Positions 39,810-52,881 are shown, counted from the whole stretch's first letter. The stretch is 60,846 nt of DNA, filler included, from Sluysia triapertura (GCA_046118255.1; 4 parts of 4 records of this genome joined end to end with filler, not necessarily neighbours in it), one strand, 5' to 3'. Notes: generated by a model from the letters alone, not told the origin. Made by a program: numbers and translations.

Positions 39810-40075
39810 CTTTTCACATTCCAAAACATTTTAAATTCACAACCTTATAACATTAAAATCATATTTACATTCAAAACCATTAATGTACATTTCAAAATTC
39901 ATTTAAAATATTTTTAATTCACAATTCCACAACACTTGAATCACAATTTACACATCAAATTATCAATTATACATTTCAAAATTAATCCGAAATATTTTAA
40001 GTTCACAATCCTTCAACACTCAATTACTAACACCTTTGAAAAATATCAAATTCACACTCCACAATCATTTTAAAT
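39810..40075. repeat. Degenerate G-poor tandem repeat, about 84-bp unit
   Basis: ACATTTCAAAATT recurs at 39887 and 39971; TTCACAA cores recur. Confidence 0.6.
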
Positions 40076-40584
40076 ATCTTAGTCAAATAAAACTTTTTTA
40101 AGTTAAATTTATTTATTTATATATCAAGAAAAAGAATTTAAATAAAGAAAGAAAAGAAGAGATCGTGCTATAACACAATAAAGATTATGCAGAAATTTTA
40201 TTATTATTATTATTAACGTTAATTTATTCTATCATTTATATTATTAGCAATATTATTATTATCAGTGTAACGCCATTTTTATTATTAATATTAAATTTTA
40301 TTATAACTATTATTAAAACATAGCTACTATTACTTTTACCACTATTATTAGTAGTTTAAATAAGTTAAAACTGTCATTTGTTGACAGTCTCATTAGATTT
40401 ATTTTGTCGTGAGAACGGATGCCGTCAATTTAAGTTGTGTGATTTCTTAACAAAGATAATTGGCCATCCAATAATTTATAACTTAAAAATTAGACAATTT
40501 GCAACTCAATAAAAAAGTGTACGCACTCAAGTCTCATTTAGAGTTAAAAATTAAGTTGCAAGTGATAAAAATTTACTACGACTA

Positions 40585-42199
40585 ATGAATCGTATTAAAT
40601 TCATTACAATAAGTAATGTTAACGATAATAATGCAAGATATAATTTAAAAACAAATCATCGATGTCATGAACATTTTTCTATTACGACTATTTATAAAGA
40701 TCTTGAACGAACAAATATTGTTGCTTTTTCTACCATTATTATTTCTAATGATACACCTTTTTGGTCAAGAATTACAAATGTGTCGTATCCTGAAGATCAT
40801 TCAATTAACCGTGAAAATATTGAAGATAACTTGAGGTTACTTGTTGAAGAAAATTGTGATACGAAACATTTAATAAAGTTCGTAAACTCCTATAGTTACA
40901 ACATGTATACATTTATCAATATCCACATGATTGGTAACGATAATGACAATTATTATCAAACCTTACATCAATACAAAGACAAGATTGATTCTTTACTTGA
41001 ACTCCGAAATGATACTCTTTTAGATAAAGTTTTTAGTTATCAAGCACTTCATAAAAATCAACATGATAATATTCGAACTATTATTGATGCTGAAATTAAT
41101 AAGCAGATTTATTTACTAAAAATATTATATGGTATGTAATGTGTTCAACCGTTATTATTTATCAGTGATTCCAATACATAGCAGGAACAAATATTTAATT
41201 GATTTTACTTTCTCTGATCATAAAGACACATAAATCCTTCAAATCAATTATTAAAGTCTTAGTTAAAAATCTTGCTAATCGTAAACGTCGAACGTACGTA
41301 ATTTATACTAGTAAAACTAAGTTATATAAAGAGAATGGCACTTTTAAAAATTGTCAATTAAAAAGCTTCGAAGATACGTTAGATCCAGACTATATATACC
41401 TTAACGCGTTGCATAACAAAATTATACATTTATATAATTTTTCAGAATTCGTAACCACACACGACAAACTAAAAAGTGTTGCAATATCTAAAAATTATGA
41501 TGAATCTGTTATTAATCGTATCAAGTCATCATTATTATTCTATTCAAAGCATGTTACTGATGTTGCATTACCTAATCAAAAACTTATGGCGCAATGCCCA
41601 TATCAATCTGATACCTTTGGAGTGTGTACCATTTTCGGCAATTTGTGTAAGTTTTATCACAACATAGCTGAAATCAATAAAAATGAATAAGAAGCGGATA
41701 TCAGAGGCAAAGACTGGACGACCTTTTGGCATCAATGTATTTTAGTTATTTCCACAACAATTACAGTATCAATAGTCTCCAAACTCATGTACAAAATAGC
41801 AACAATAATTCTCGCATAGTAAGTAATCTATTAAGTAATCACTTTAATTATGATCATTACTTTTATCTCTATTTATTATTTTTTAGGATTCCACTATCGA
41901 AATTACTTGGAACCTACGAAAATATAGATACCATGACAATTGATGTAAAATTTTCAATAACTTTGGTCAAAAAATTTACATATTATGTTTTTGGTAATAG
42001 AATTTTATGTTATTACTTATTTTATTTTGACAATTGTAAAGAAAATTTTAACTTTAGTGTAATAAAAGCTAATTTTAACAATATTGTAAAGGTTCATAAT
42101 TTTTATAACGACAATTTAATTTTCAATTTGATATTCTACAATTCTAAAAACACTACAAAAATAATTTTAAAACATTTTTTTCAAATAATTATACCATAA
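40585..42199 (+). pseudogene. Intronless orphan coding region (three collinear ORFs, probably one frameshifted gene)
   Basis: 184-, 163- and 157-aa ORFs separated by only 59 and 35 bp; only the first starts with ATG; no domain recognised. Confidence 0.55.
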
Positions 42200-42594
42200 A
42201 CCCAAATCGAAAAGTTAAAATAAAAAATAAGTTTGACAAGAGAATTGGAAATCAAGGATAAAATGCTTCGTGATAATGTCAATTTTGGTTTTAACAACTA
42301 TAGACTCATGTACAGGTAAACTCATCAAATTCCCAGGGTTTGAAAAAGAGCTAATGAAATTCTTAGCATAAGAAAAGATGAAATTTAAAAGAATAATAAG
42401 TTGTAATGCATTACGAAGCAAATTAATGAATTTGAATATGGGTGAAACACCGGTATGATGAATTCTTGAACGGTTTCGTTCAATGGAGAAAAATATATAG
42501 GTTTGGACCAGAGACCAATTCATGAAAATTTTATTTAAAAGAATACAAAAAGTTTCCGATGCTAAAATATCTAATTAATTTTCAATAGATTATT

Positions 42595-44386
42595 TGGAAA
42601 TACTCATTAGTCCGAAAAATTAGAAATCGATTTCCTTTCGGATTGTGAATTAATTCGGATAATGAAGAAATTTAAAATTTGTGTGATCGCCAGATTAATG
42701 ATGAAATTATTAAGAAAAAGACAATTATTTATTTAAAAAATCATCGAAAGTTTTTTGTAGAGTTTTCTTTTGAATGAATTTCTGTAAATCATCTTTGACT
42801 TCTTTTAAATTTTTTTACTGTATCATTGGTTATTTTTTGAGTAGAGTTGTTTGAAAAAGAACTTGCTTTGATAACAATTTCAAATGCAGGGAATAAATTG
42901 CTTGGACATATGTTGTAACTGTCATCGACCTGACCATCTTCAGCACTTTAACAGCACTTCAGACCATCTTTAACAGTGTATTCTTCTTGACACAGTGCAA
43001 TGATATCATCATCATCAATGACTTCTTCTGTTTGAATCATATCATCTTCAAACATTATTTGGTCAAGCTCATTCTTGTGTCTCAAGACGGGATCTGATGA
43101 CAAGTTTTCCTCAGTATAAGATTCGTGAATATATGGAATAATCGCAACCTTTTTGATGGTTTCTTTTTTCACATCTTCCCAAGCTTCATGGATTATCAAT
43201 ATGCTTTCTTAAGATTAACAACAAAGACTTTTGTTTGATCAAGCGAGTTCATGTAATCAACTACTAACTTTTTTCTGCAGTTGAGTTGTTCGGAAGCATT
43301 ATAACTTCAATGTTCTGAAAACATTTCCTCAATCTGTGACTTGGAGTGTTATCAAGAAGTAGATAAAATTTCTTTTTGTATTTTCTCAGTTCATCATCAA
43401 GATGCTGCATAAAACAATTAAAAAAATTGGTGGTCATCAATGCTTTCGAATTTGAGTAGTAATTAGAGTATCTTGCAACATTAAATCTTTTAAAACATCT
43501 TGGTTTCTTGCTATGTCCAATAACAAAGGGTGTAATTTTATTTGATCCACTAGCATTTAAACATAAAGCTATGGTTATTTAACTTTAGATTGTTTTGTGC
43601 CTTTTCCATCACTTGATGAATTCGTTCTTGTAGGAAATGCTTGAATAAAAAGTCAAGTTTCATCCATATTGAGTATAACTTCTGGGTCAACCATTTTTTC
43701 TATGGGCTGAAACATCAACATCATTCATTGAATTTGCTTCTCCAAGGAGAACTTTCAATTTCAGATTAAATCGATTTTTGAATCTATAGATCCATCCTTT
43801 GCTGAATTGCAGGTCATCAACATTTAGTTTTTGTCCAAATTCCTTGGCTTTTGTAATGATAATTTATCGGTAAGGTAACCATTTAATCTCATCTATTCGA
43901 GATATCAATTCGATCAATGAATTCTCAAGCAAATAATGAATTTTCGAAGATTGGAATAAGTGTTTGAGCTTTCACAATTTTCCAATTTCTCTTTATTTTT
44001 CAAAATTTCTGATAACGTTGAAATTACAAAATTCCAGGTTTAATTCTCTTCTGATAATTTGAGACAATTCACTCAGCATCATTTTCTTCGACTCCTTTAT
44101 TGTAAAAATTTTTGCCTTTTGATGAATTGTAATTTCTTTTCTTTTTCTATCCATATGGATAAATTAAAATTGTAAACAAGCTTAATATTTAAAAAACATT
44201 AATCCGAAACTTTTAAAAATTATTAGAATTTTAATTCAAAAAAGAGCTTTCCGATTGTGGATCATAAAGTTTTGCATTAATGAATCAAATTTGTCTGGAA
44301 ACGTTGGAAAATTGACAAAATAGATAAATTTTTTTCGACTATGAAGTTTTGGATTATTGAAATTTGGATTAATGAGGTTGATTGTA
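42595..44386 (-). mobile_element. Decayed Tigger/pogo (TIGD-like) transposon
   Basis: Terminus TACAATCAACCTCATTAATCC (minus, from 44386) with eroded counterpart CTCATTAGTCC near 42604; CENP-B HTH FSKGWIYRFKNRF, NMDET, NASGS..PFVIGHSKKPRCFK, LLDN..SH, EAWEDVKKETIKK. Confidence 0.9.
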
Positions 44387-44607
44387 ATGGAAATATGGTC
44401 GGGAACATGTTTAGTAATTCTGACAAACTAATTTATAGCTATTATTTTGAAGAAAAATAAGTGACACTATTTTGATACTGCTACCACTTGACAAATTAAT
44501 AAATTCTGCATTTAAATCAAATATAAAGGCAAAATATGAGGAATGGGATTTAAATGAAAAAAATATTTTGTTACTCATTTATTGAAAATAATCGTGTAAA
44601 ACTTTAG

Positions 44608-44829
44608 ATCTGGATTATAACTGGAGATAAGAAAGAAACAGCAATGAATATAAGTAATTCAACTGGACATTTTTCTCAAGATATCCAATTACATGAAATA
44701 ATTGGGGTGATGTGCGAATCCGAAGTCCAAGAAGTGCTATATAAAATAAAAGACAAGATTGAATGTAATTGTGATTTAGTCAAGTATGGTGTTATTATTG
44801 ACGGAATCAGTTTCAGTCAGATTATTGAT
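44608..44829 (+). CDS. P4-ATPase exon (TGD motif)
   Basis: TAG|ATC: IWIITGDKKETAMNISNSTGHF...VIIDGISF; GTAAGT donor; 222 bp, continues REAGIK in phase. Confidence 0.95.
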
Positions 44830-45582
44830 GTAAGTTTACTTTTGTATAATGTTATTTGGCATAGATTTTTATGTAAAACTTACATTGTATAAATAGAATT
44901 AATATTAATGTAGCACTCTAATGTATTTTTAAAGCTTATTTTGTTTATCCTTATGTATAAAACAAGTTAACTTTTCAAAATGTCAGACAGTTTTATTCAA
45001 GGGATTTATAAAAGTAAAACTAAATGAAAAACATGACTACACATTTCGGATTGAAGAATATAAAAATCTTTTTTTCTGTATTGCAAAGAAACGAAAAATT
45101 TTACGCAACATTTTTGTGAAACAATAATTTTCATAAGTTTTAATTTGGGATAGCCAGTTAGAAGCCCTAGTATACATGGTTGTAATTGTTGTCTCTAAGG
45201 TACGTAAAGGTTAATATAAACAAGCATGCTCCTAAAAATCATTTTGATTTAAAAGAAAGAATTATCTTTTTCATTAAAATTATTCCAAAAGATAACAGAG
45301 AATCTGCAGTATACTCTTTGTACTAAAGACGATCTTCTACATATAGAAAGGAAGATGACACACCAGTTCTTTATATTCTTAAATCCAAAAATACTGTTTT
45401 TAACATTTATTTTGAATAATCCCTTCAATAAAAATGTAAGACTCATTATACAACTAACTTATTTTATGAAAGTATGAGATTTTTAGAATTTTCATGTTTT
45501 ACTAAGTCATCTTACTATGTTTTATATGAGATTATAAAATCTACTAGTGCTATTTGCTGTGATTGATATCATTATTTTTCAG

Positions 45583-46053
45583 TCTCAAGATAAGATACTG
45601 TTCTGTGATATCGCACATAAGGCTACTGCGGTACTTTGTTGTCGCATGACACCTCGACAGAAGGCTCAAGTAGTCACCTTAATGCGTAATTACTTTTCGC
45701 AGTTATTCGGTGATAAATCTGAACCTCCTATTACATTGGCTGTCGGTGATGGTGGGAACGATGTCAATATGCTGCTAGAAGCATCAGTTGGTGTGGCTGT
45801 ATTTGGTCGTGAAGGTCGACAAGCAGTACGAGCTGCTGATTATGCAGTTCCGAAATTTCGACATTTAAAACGTGCAGTTCTGTTTCATGGTCAATGCTTT
45901 TACGAACGATTAACGACTTTTATTTTGTTCTATTTCTATAAATCTGCATTATTTGTGTTACCATTAGTATTGTTTGCTTTTGTGTCAGCTGCGTCTGCTG
46001 GAATAGTGTATGATACAGTCTCAATAGCGATTTATAACATTACATTTTCCGCG
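45583..46053 (+). CDS. P4-ATPase exon (P-domain hinge and following TM helices)
   Basis: AVLCCRMTPRQKAQVV..TLAVGDGGNDVNM..GREGRQAVRAADY..HG..YFYKS..YNITFS; CAG acceptor, GTTAGT donor; 471 bp. Confidence 0.95.
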
Positions 46054-46770
46054 GTTAGTATTTTCTTGTTAATGTTATTTCCCAAAAAGTGATCAATTTT
46101 TATTATAAGATTATGAGAAATTTTCTAGTATTTGTGTTATTTAAGCATTAAAGTAAATATATACAATATATTATAACATTTTATGTACTTTGAACCTTTA
46201 CTTTTATGAGTATAAATTTAAATGAATTTTAAGAAAGTAGTGATTATATATATAAGTCGTACCACATGCATTTTGCACAAAATACGGTAACTACAGCATA
46301 TGCGTGGACAATTAAACGTACATCTGAGTGAGCTAAGTTGTATGACATATTACTATTTACCGTAAGCAAGCCACGTTGTAAATTTTCTCATTAAGTAAGT
46401 TTATTTCAATTTTCTTATAATTTTCTGGATATGTTTGGTAGATAATCTTGCAAGTAAATTATTAATAAAATTATGTTTCATATTAAACATAAGTTCAGCA
46501 GCATTTACCTAATGATTTGATCGAAACGAAATCCTATTAATTTTATTCAATATTAAGTGATGTTTACTTTGAAATAGGTGGTAAAACTTAAGGAACAAGT
46601 TGACTTAGTTGTACGGAAGTAAGTTTTTAAAGAATTAGTTTCATCACGTGAAAGCATATAGATTTTTCTAATTTAGTTATAATACATAATACAAATATTA
46701 ACAAAGTGTTGAGTAACACATTTAATTTCTATTTATTTGATAAATCCTAAGTTTTATACAGTTCTTTTCT

Positions 46771-46870
46771 NNNNNNNNNNNNNNNNNNNNNNNNNNNNNN
46801 NNNNNNNNNNNNNNTTAATTAATTAANNNNNNNNNNNNNNNNNNNNNNNNNNNNNNNNNNNNNNNNNNNN
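46771..46870. other. Artificial contig-joining spacer
   Basis: N44-TTAATTAATTAA-N44. Confidence 0.97.

Positions 46871-46940
<70 letters not shown>
46871..46940. repeat. (TAA)n microsatellite at contig start
   Basis: Direct reading. Confidence 0.95.
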
Positions 46941-46942
<2 letters not shown>

Positions 46943-47220
46943 AATAAGGAGTATTTATTAGTAAACATTTAGCGTAAACATTCAATATCATGCATTGAAA
47001 AATTTCTAAATCGATTAAATAAATAAAAATTGATTTTATACTTTATCCAAAATCCAAACGGCTAAATAAAATATGAATATTAATTTTTATTGGTTTTATT
47101 GGTTTTGGTTAACTGACTCCAAATTTTTAACAAACTTATTTTTTTATTTCGGGCACTAAGGTTTATGTTATTTATGTCATTCTTAAGTTTGAGTTTTATC
47201 TTTGTTTTATTCAATACAAA

Positions 47221-47361
47221 NNNNNNNNNNNNNNNNNNNNNNNNNNNNNNNNNNNNNNNNNNNNNNNNNNNNNNNNNNNNNNNNNNNNNNNNNNNNNNNN
47301 NNNNNNNNNNNNNNNNNNNNNNNNNNNNNNNNNNNNNNNNNNNNNNNNNNNNNNNNNNNNN
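47221..47361. other. Scaffold gap
   Basis: Plain N run. Confidence 0.97.
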
Positions 47362-48934
47362 ATAACGCCCAGCAACAAAATTAATATTTTTTTATTTAGG
47401 TAGTAACACTCATTTACAAAATAAATTATTATTGTTAATTAAGGCTGCATTGCCCAGTAACAAATAAAATATTTTATGGACCAATCGTCAAATAGCACAA
47501 ATAGTGTATCTAATACATTGATGCAAAAAATAAAAGCCTACTATGTTTTCGTGTTAGAATTCAATTTGGAGCAAATCGTAGTAACTTGTCGAAGACATTC
47601 GTTTTGGCATTGATTTGATTTCAATTTGGAACGATCAATTAGTAATTTGATGGTAATTTGTATTGATTTTCATTTGGAACAAGGTTTTGATAATTGAAGA
47701 AGATATCAATTATAAACGATTATTGGTAATATACGTTGGCATCATTTCAGTATTTGGTGATGTTATCGTTTTTCAATACCGTTGTATCAAAACATTGTAA
47801 TCGAAAGTTATATTTTATTAAGAGAAACCTTAATAAATAATTTGTACATTATTAACTATGTTTGTATGTTTATTATACCTTATTGTAATTTACTTATTTG
47901 TAAAATTGAGCTTCTTGAATATATATTTAGATTTTCGTTTAGTTGATTTAAAAGATTATTTGAGTATAATTGAAATTTAACTGAGTAGTAAAGAATTTAC
48001 TTTGAATACATACTTTTATATGGATCTTGAAAGTATAGTGATTATAGTCGAATAAGAATAGCATTACTATGTAAGTTCTATTATATTTAAAAGAAAAAAA
48101 TCCTATAATGTCTTCCTTGTGGACGTAAGATGTTGATTATTATTTTGTACAGTAATTTCGTTAGAAAACACTTGGAGTTTAATAATGAGACTTATTTATT
48201 ATAAATTTTTTTATAAATTTTGCATTTTTTGTGATAAAGTTGTTATTATAAATATCTTTATGAAAGAAATAATAAAAGAATATTTTAAAATTAATGTAAA
48301 TATTAATGGAGAAATAATGGATATTAATTGATAAAAACATTTATTTTAATTGGTAATAATATACTTACTAATTGATGATGAAAACATTTTAGTGATAAAA
48401 AACATTTCAAAGAATATTTATTGATGAAATAAAAATGGATTTATTAATTGATGATGAAAATATTTTAGCTCATGCTTTTATTGGTTAGATTGTAAAATAA
48501 ATAAAGAGTAATTTGTACATGTTAGAACAACTAAGATAAAGATTTTTTGTTCATTCTCATCAAGTATTTTTAATTTATTTGTGGAAATTCCATCCGGCAT
48601 TGAATTTATTAATAATTAAATCAAGTAGTAGCTTAGATTTCGTAGAATTGAAAACTCTTAAATTATATAAAAGTTAGAAAATCAGACTTAAACTTAACTC
48701 TTTTACGTTGATCCCTAAGACCAATAATAAAATTAAACCAAATTTCAATTGTAAGCTGACCCAGCCTTTTGACTAGGTCCATTTAAATAATAATTATTAT
48801 AATTTTTGTCTATATATTATTCATGTAATTATTCCTGCAGTTTTGTTAAATTATTTTTATCTTTTTGTTGGAGTAAAGGCCTAAAGTACCATGTATAAAT
48901 ATTGACAATAATAAAAAAATAAAAGTGTTAGATG

Positions 48935-49859
48935 GGCCTGATAGCTCAGTGGGTAGGAAATCCGAACTTCCATCAAGAAATTGGAACGAAAGTACTGGAT
49001 CACTGTTTCATTCATCTGCTCTGACAACTACAATGCCCAACTATCTTTTAAGTCGGACATACTTGGCGACAACACAATCGTCATTAGCCACTACCACAAG
49101 AACAAAGTCGGCAAATACCTACACGAGCTGATCAGCAATTGCAATAACAATATCTGGAAGTCTCTCAAATGCCAGGGTATCTATGTCGACTCTCTCATGT
49201 AGTACCTATTCTCCAACAAATCCCGATCTCTTGAACTGGAAAATAATGCATGGATGTTTATGATCAAGCTCGTAACAACATCCTTAGTCTTAATTTCAGT
49301 CCACAGATCATACGTGTCCATCTGTCAGTATCATGTCGATGTGTGGCATCGAATCTGAATCCCTTCTACATGTGCTCTGTCTATTTCCTCACACAAGCAC
49401 AGCCAGAACAGTCCGGCACAACAAAATCCTTAACTACATATGGACAAAATGACTCAGAAGGGATTATAGGTCATCAAGGATTCGCTTATACCAATTATCG
49501 GTGACACTCGACGACCTGACATTCAGGCACGTGGTACTTCCTCATCGCAACTCTTCTTGATTGATGTCAAGACTCTCATGGACCTGAAGAAAAACTTCGG
49601 GTCATGGGATCCCGATAATAACAGGCTTCTCGAGGCACTTGGCTTCCACAAGACCGAAATCAAGACCCTGGTACGACTAGCTGCGGAGTCCTCGAATAAG
49701 GCATACCGCTATCATGTCCTTCAAGGTCCCTGAATAGAAGAAAAAGATTGCTTTCCTTCTCTAAAAAGAGAAAGAAGAGACTAAACTATTATATTAATAC
49801 ATGTTTTTAATCATCGAACTGCACAGCGAGAAGTCCCGGGTTCGATCCCCTGTCAGTCA
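48935..49859 (+). ncRNA. tRNA-like Pol III unit, split by a retrotransposon insertion
   Basis: 5' half GGCCTGATAGCTCAGTGGGTAG (48935-48956) and 3' half CATCGAACTGCACAGCGAGAAGTCCCGGGTTCGATCCCCTGTCAGTCA followed by T6 (49812-49865) are collinear with the intact copy at 11474-11545. Confidence 0.85.
48957..49811 (+). mobile_element. 5'-truncated RLE non-LTR retrotransposon (NeSL/Utopia/R5 group)
   Basis: Hand translation across frameshifts: WKSLKCQG..WMF..ARNNIL..CR.CGIESESLLHVLC..ARTVRHNKIL..RRPDI..FLIDVK..FGSWDPDNNRLLEALG..*, i.e. CCHC knuckle, RH motif, PD..D.K endonuclease and GSW.P.N..LL..LG motif; stop at 49731-49733; short 3' UTR. Confidence 0.9.
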
Positions 49860-51051
49860 TTTTTTCCTACTTTGTTAATATATTCATTTGTGACGTAAAA
49901 TTTGTTTATAATAGTACTTGTTGCCAATCTTAACGTATTAATTCAAACTTATTTAATAAGGCACGTATTATTAGTAAATTTTTTTCATATATCATAATAG
50001 TTGTGGACATTCATTTAGTAGTTATGTGTGGGTGTGTATTTGTTTGTACTTTTTAGTATTTTTTCATTTATATTTTACAAAAATCATATAATTTTCATTT
50101 TTACAGTGCTAATTAAGTGTGGGAAGTTCCACACCATATTTCTTACTTTCTAATTTTGTCTTATTTTATTTCTTAAATTAAATGCATTTTTGAGATACTG
50201 CTTAATTTTATAATTTTTAACATTATTGAGACATTGTAGCTTTATTTTAAATTATAAATGATTTGGCAGCATAACATAATTATATTTAAAGAATCTACAA
50301 ACCTAGACTTGGCTTTTTCTAACTGCAGTTACTATTTCATGGGTCAAATGTCTCTTTTCGATAATAATAATATTATGCTTATTAGAATACCCTTTTATTT
50401 TCAAATAATATATTGTAATTTTTGAGTTTTGTCCATTCAAATGTTTTATTTTTTACAGTTAACCGTACAAATTGTCGTTCACTTATTTTACTAAATGATT
50501 CAGACATTAAAGCTCAACAATTAAATAATTATTTGTCTACTATTCCATTTAGAATTTGATATAGATGACAAGTTGAGTTTCATTGGATGATCAGTTAAAT
50601 AATTCTTTCGGATATATTATACACTACCGAATTTACAGAATTTAAATATGGAAACATAATAAAATATCTGTTATGTAAGATCAATAAGAATAATTTGAAT
50701 CTTGAAAATATTTCAGGTATCTAGTCATCTAGAAATGATAAGTATTTCAAGTTAAAATAAATTATGCACATAAAATAAATTGAAATAAATTATGACACAT
50801 ATGGACTATCATCTCGACTGAGATTTGTACATCCCGAGTAGTTTAATTTTTATTACAATTAAAATATTAATTAAATTTAAATAAAATGAAGGGAAATAAT
50901 GCAGCAATTTGTAAATTAAATCATTAACAATCGAGTTGTATTTCAAAACTATCAAATAACAAATATTAAACTTTTAATGAATAGTTAATTATTTCACATT
51001 ATATATTTTACAAACAATGTAATTTTATTAAATTTTTATTTCATTTCTAAT

Positions 51052-51182
51052 NNNNNNNNNNNNNNNNNNNNNNNNNNNNNNNNNNNNNNNNNNNNNNNNN
51101 NNNNNNNNNNNNNNNNNNNNNNNNNNNNNNNNNNNNNNNNNNNNNNNNNNNNNNNNNNNNNNNNNNNNNNNNNNNNNNNNNN
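51052..51182. other. Scaffold gap
   Basis: Plain N run. Confidence 0.97.
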
Positions 51183-51299
51183 TTCTTTATTCACACTAGT
51201 TCAACATTTAATTTGTACACAGTTAATTTCACAAATTATTATTTTTAACAAGGCAAATGTTAAACTTGTTGGATTGCGCAAAATATAAGAGAAATTAAT

Positions 51300-51620
51300 T
51301 AAATCATGCTTTCAACAAGAAATCTACAAATAAACATCACCATGTGGCAATTTTGGCATGTAATATTGAGCTTACCACGAACGGATCATAGATAGAAGAG
51401 TGTAATTATGAATATTCCATTATAACTTGCGGTTGTAAAGTTTGAAGGCTTTTACAAGATTTATTTAAATATAAGAATTATTAGCTTTTTAATGATAAGA
51501 ATTTTTTAATAAATATTTACGAAGGTGTTTTCATCGTTCTAAAACTCACTTAAGGTCAGAGGATTTATCCTGATCATCATACTTCGTCCTAATTCAAATT
51601 TTGAATCATTCAAAGCTGAT
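51300..51620 (-). mobile_element. Possible RTE-like LINE RT remnant
   Basis: NLVKAF..NRKL*WNI resembles DL.KAFD..NR..LW.I; very degraded. Confidence 0.35.
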
Positions 51621-52881
51621 AACAAAATAAAATATTGTTCAAGCTCGAAGCAACAAACATAGCTGTCCGGCAGCAAACATAAAATTGATTTAAATATTAA
51701 GCTACTATTCATCTATTTCGTAATAAAACGAAAATGTAGGTTATTGGTAAAACTCTGTATACAGTACATATTCAGAGTTAAGATTTCTTGAATGGAGAAT
51801 CGTTCCACTATGATCTGACCAATATTGGAGTTGTTATTCATGGATCGTAATAATTCTACACTCAGTTTTTGACATCAGGCAAAGAATTTTGGTACATAAA
51901 TTAGAGGTGTTAAATAAGTCGAAGATATGATTAATTTACTAACTTTCTAGTTTCGCGAAATAACGTTACGTAAATACCCAAGCATAAATGGAAACATTTC
52001 CTATTACGAATTTGTTTGATGTTCATGAGCCAAGTCCTCTTTACGATAACTTTTAAACTTAATACAACATATAAAATTATTTTTAAACATATAATTCGAA
52101 TCTACATTAAATTTCAAAATATTCTTTGATCATTGTCTAAGACACTAATATTAAAAACGTATATTAAAGTTGTTAAAGTACATAAAAGTATATATCCATA
52201 GTAATGAACACTGTGATAGTTTAAATTATTTTCTTGTTCAAGAAAAATTTGAATATATACTTAGCACGATTTTTTAATAAAATAATATCACACTTCTAAT
52301 AATCATGTACTCAAAATTGCTAAAAATTGTTTACAATAATGTTAATGTGCTTTATTAGTTTTTGGTAGTACAGAGATAAGGTAAAAGTTTGTTTAAAAAA
52401 AGATTTTTGATTATCTACACCACAATTACAATTAAATAATTACATCTATCTCTCGATTTACGCGATAGATAGGTTCCTAAGAAAAACATGTAAATCGAAA
52501 TTGTAAAATTTTGAATGTAAAACGGTTTAAAATTGTTCCTTTTGATCATAGGCGTTTTTAGGTATATTTAGATAATTAGATAAAGAAAACCTTCGATCTA
52601 ATAATTATGAAAAAAAGAATCGTTATGAAATCTAAGGACTGTCAATTATTTAATTGCTGTTTTCAGAATCTTATAAGTCAATAATTTTTGCAAAAAGTTT
52701 CCTGAGTTTTACGGAAAGTTATTTTCTAGAAAAAAATTAAAGAAAATGATATATTAATTGAATTAATGCCATATGAAGATTTGTAATGTGGAATTTTCGA
52801 AATCAATTAAATAGTTTTATTTAAAATTTTAAAACATCCAATAATTCTTTATACTCTTGAATTAACCAATAACATAATAAC

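Noticed and set aside
44965-45214. Possible piggyBac MITE ending GTACGTAAAGG-TTAA
   Set aside because: No convincing matching left TIR.
47165-47384. ORFs running through the N gap
   Set aside because: Artefacts of translating N bases.
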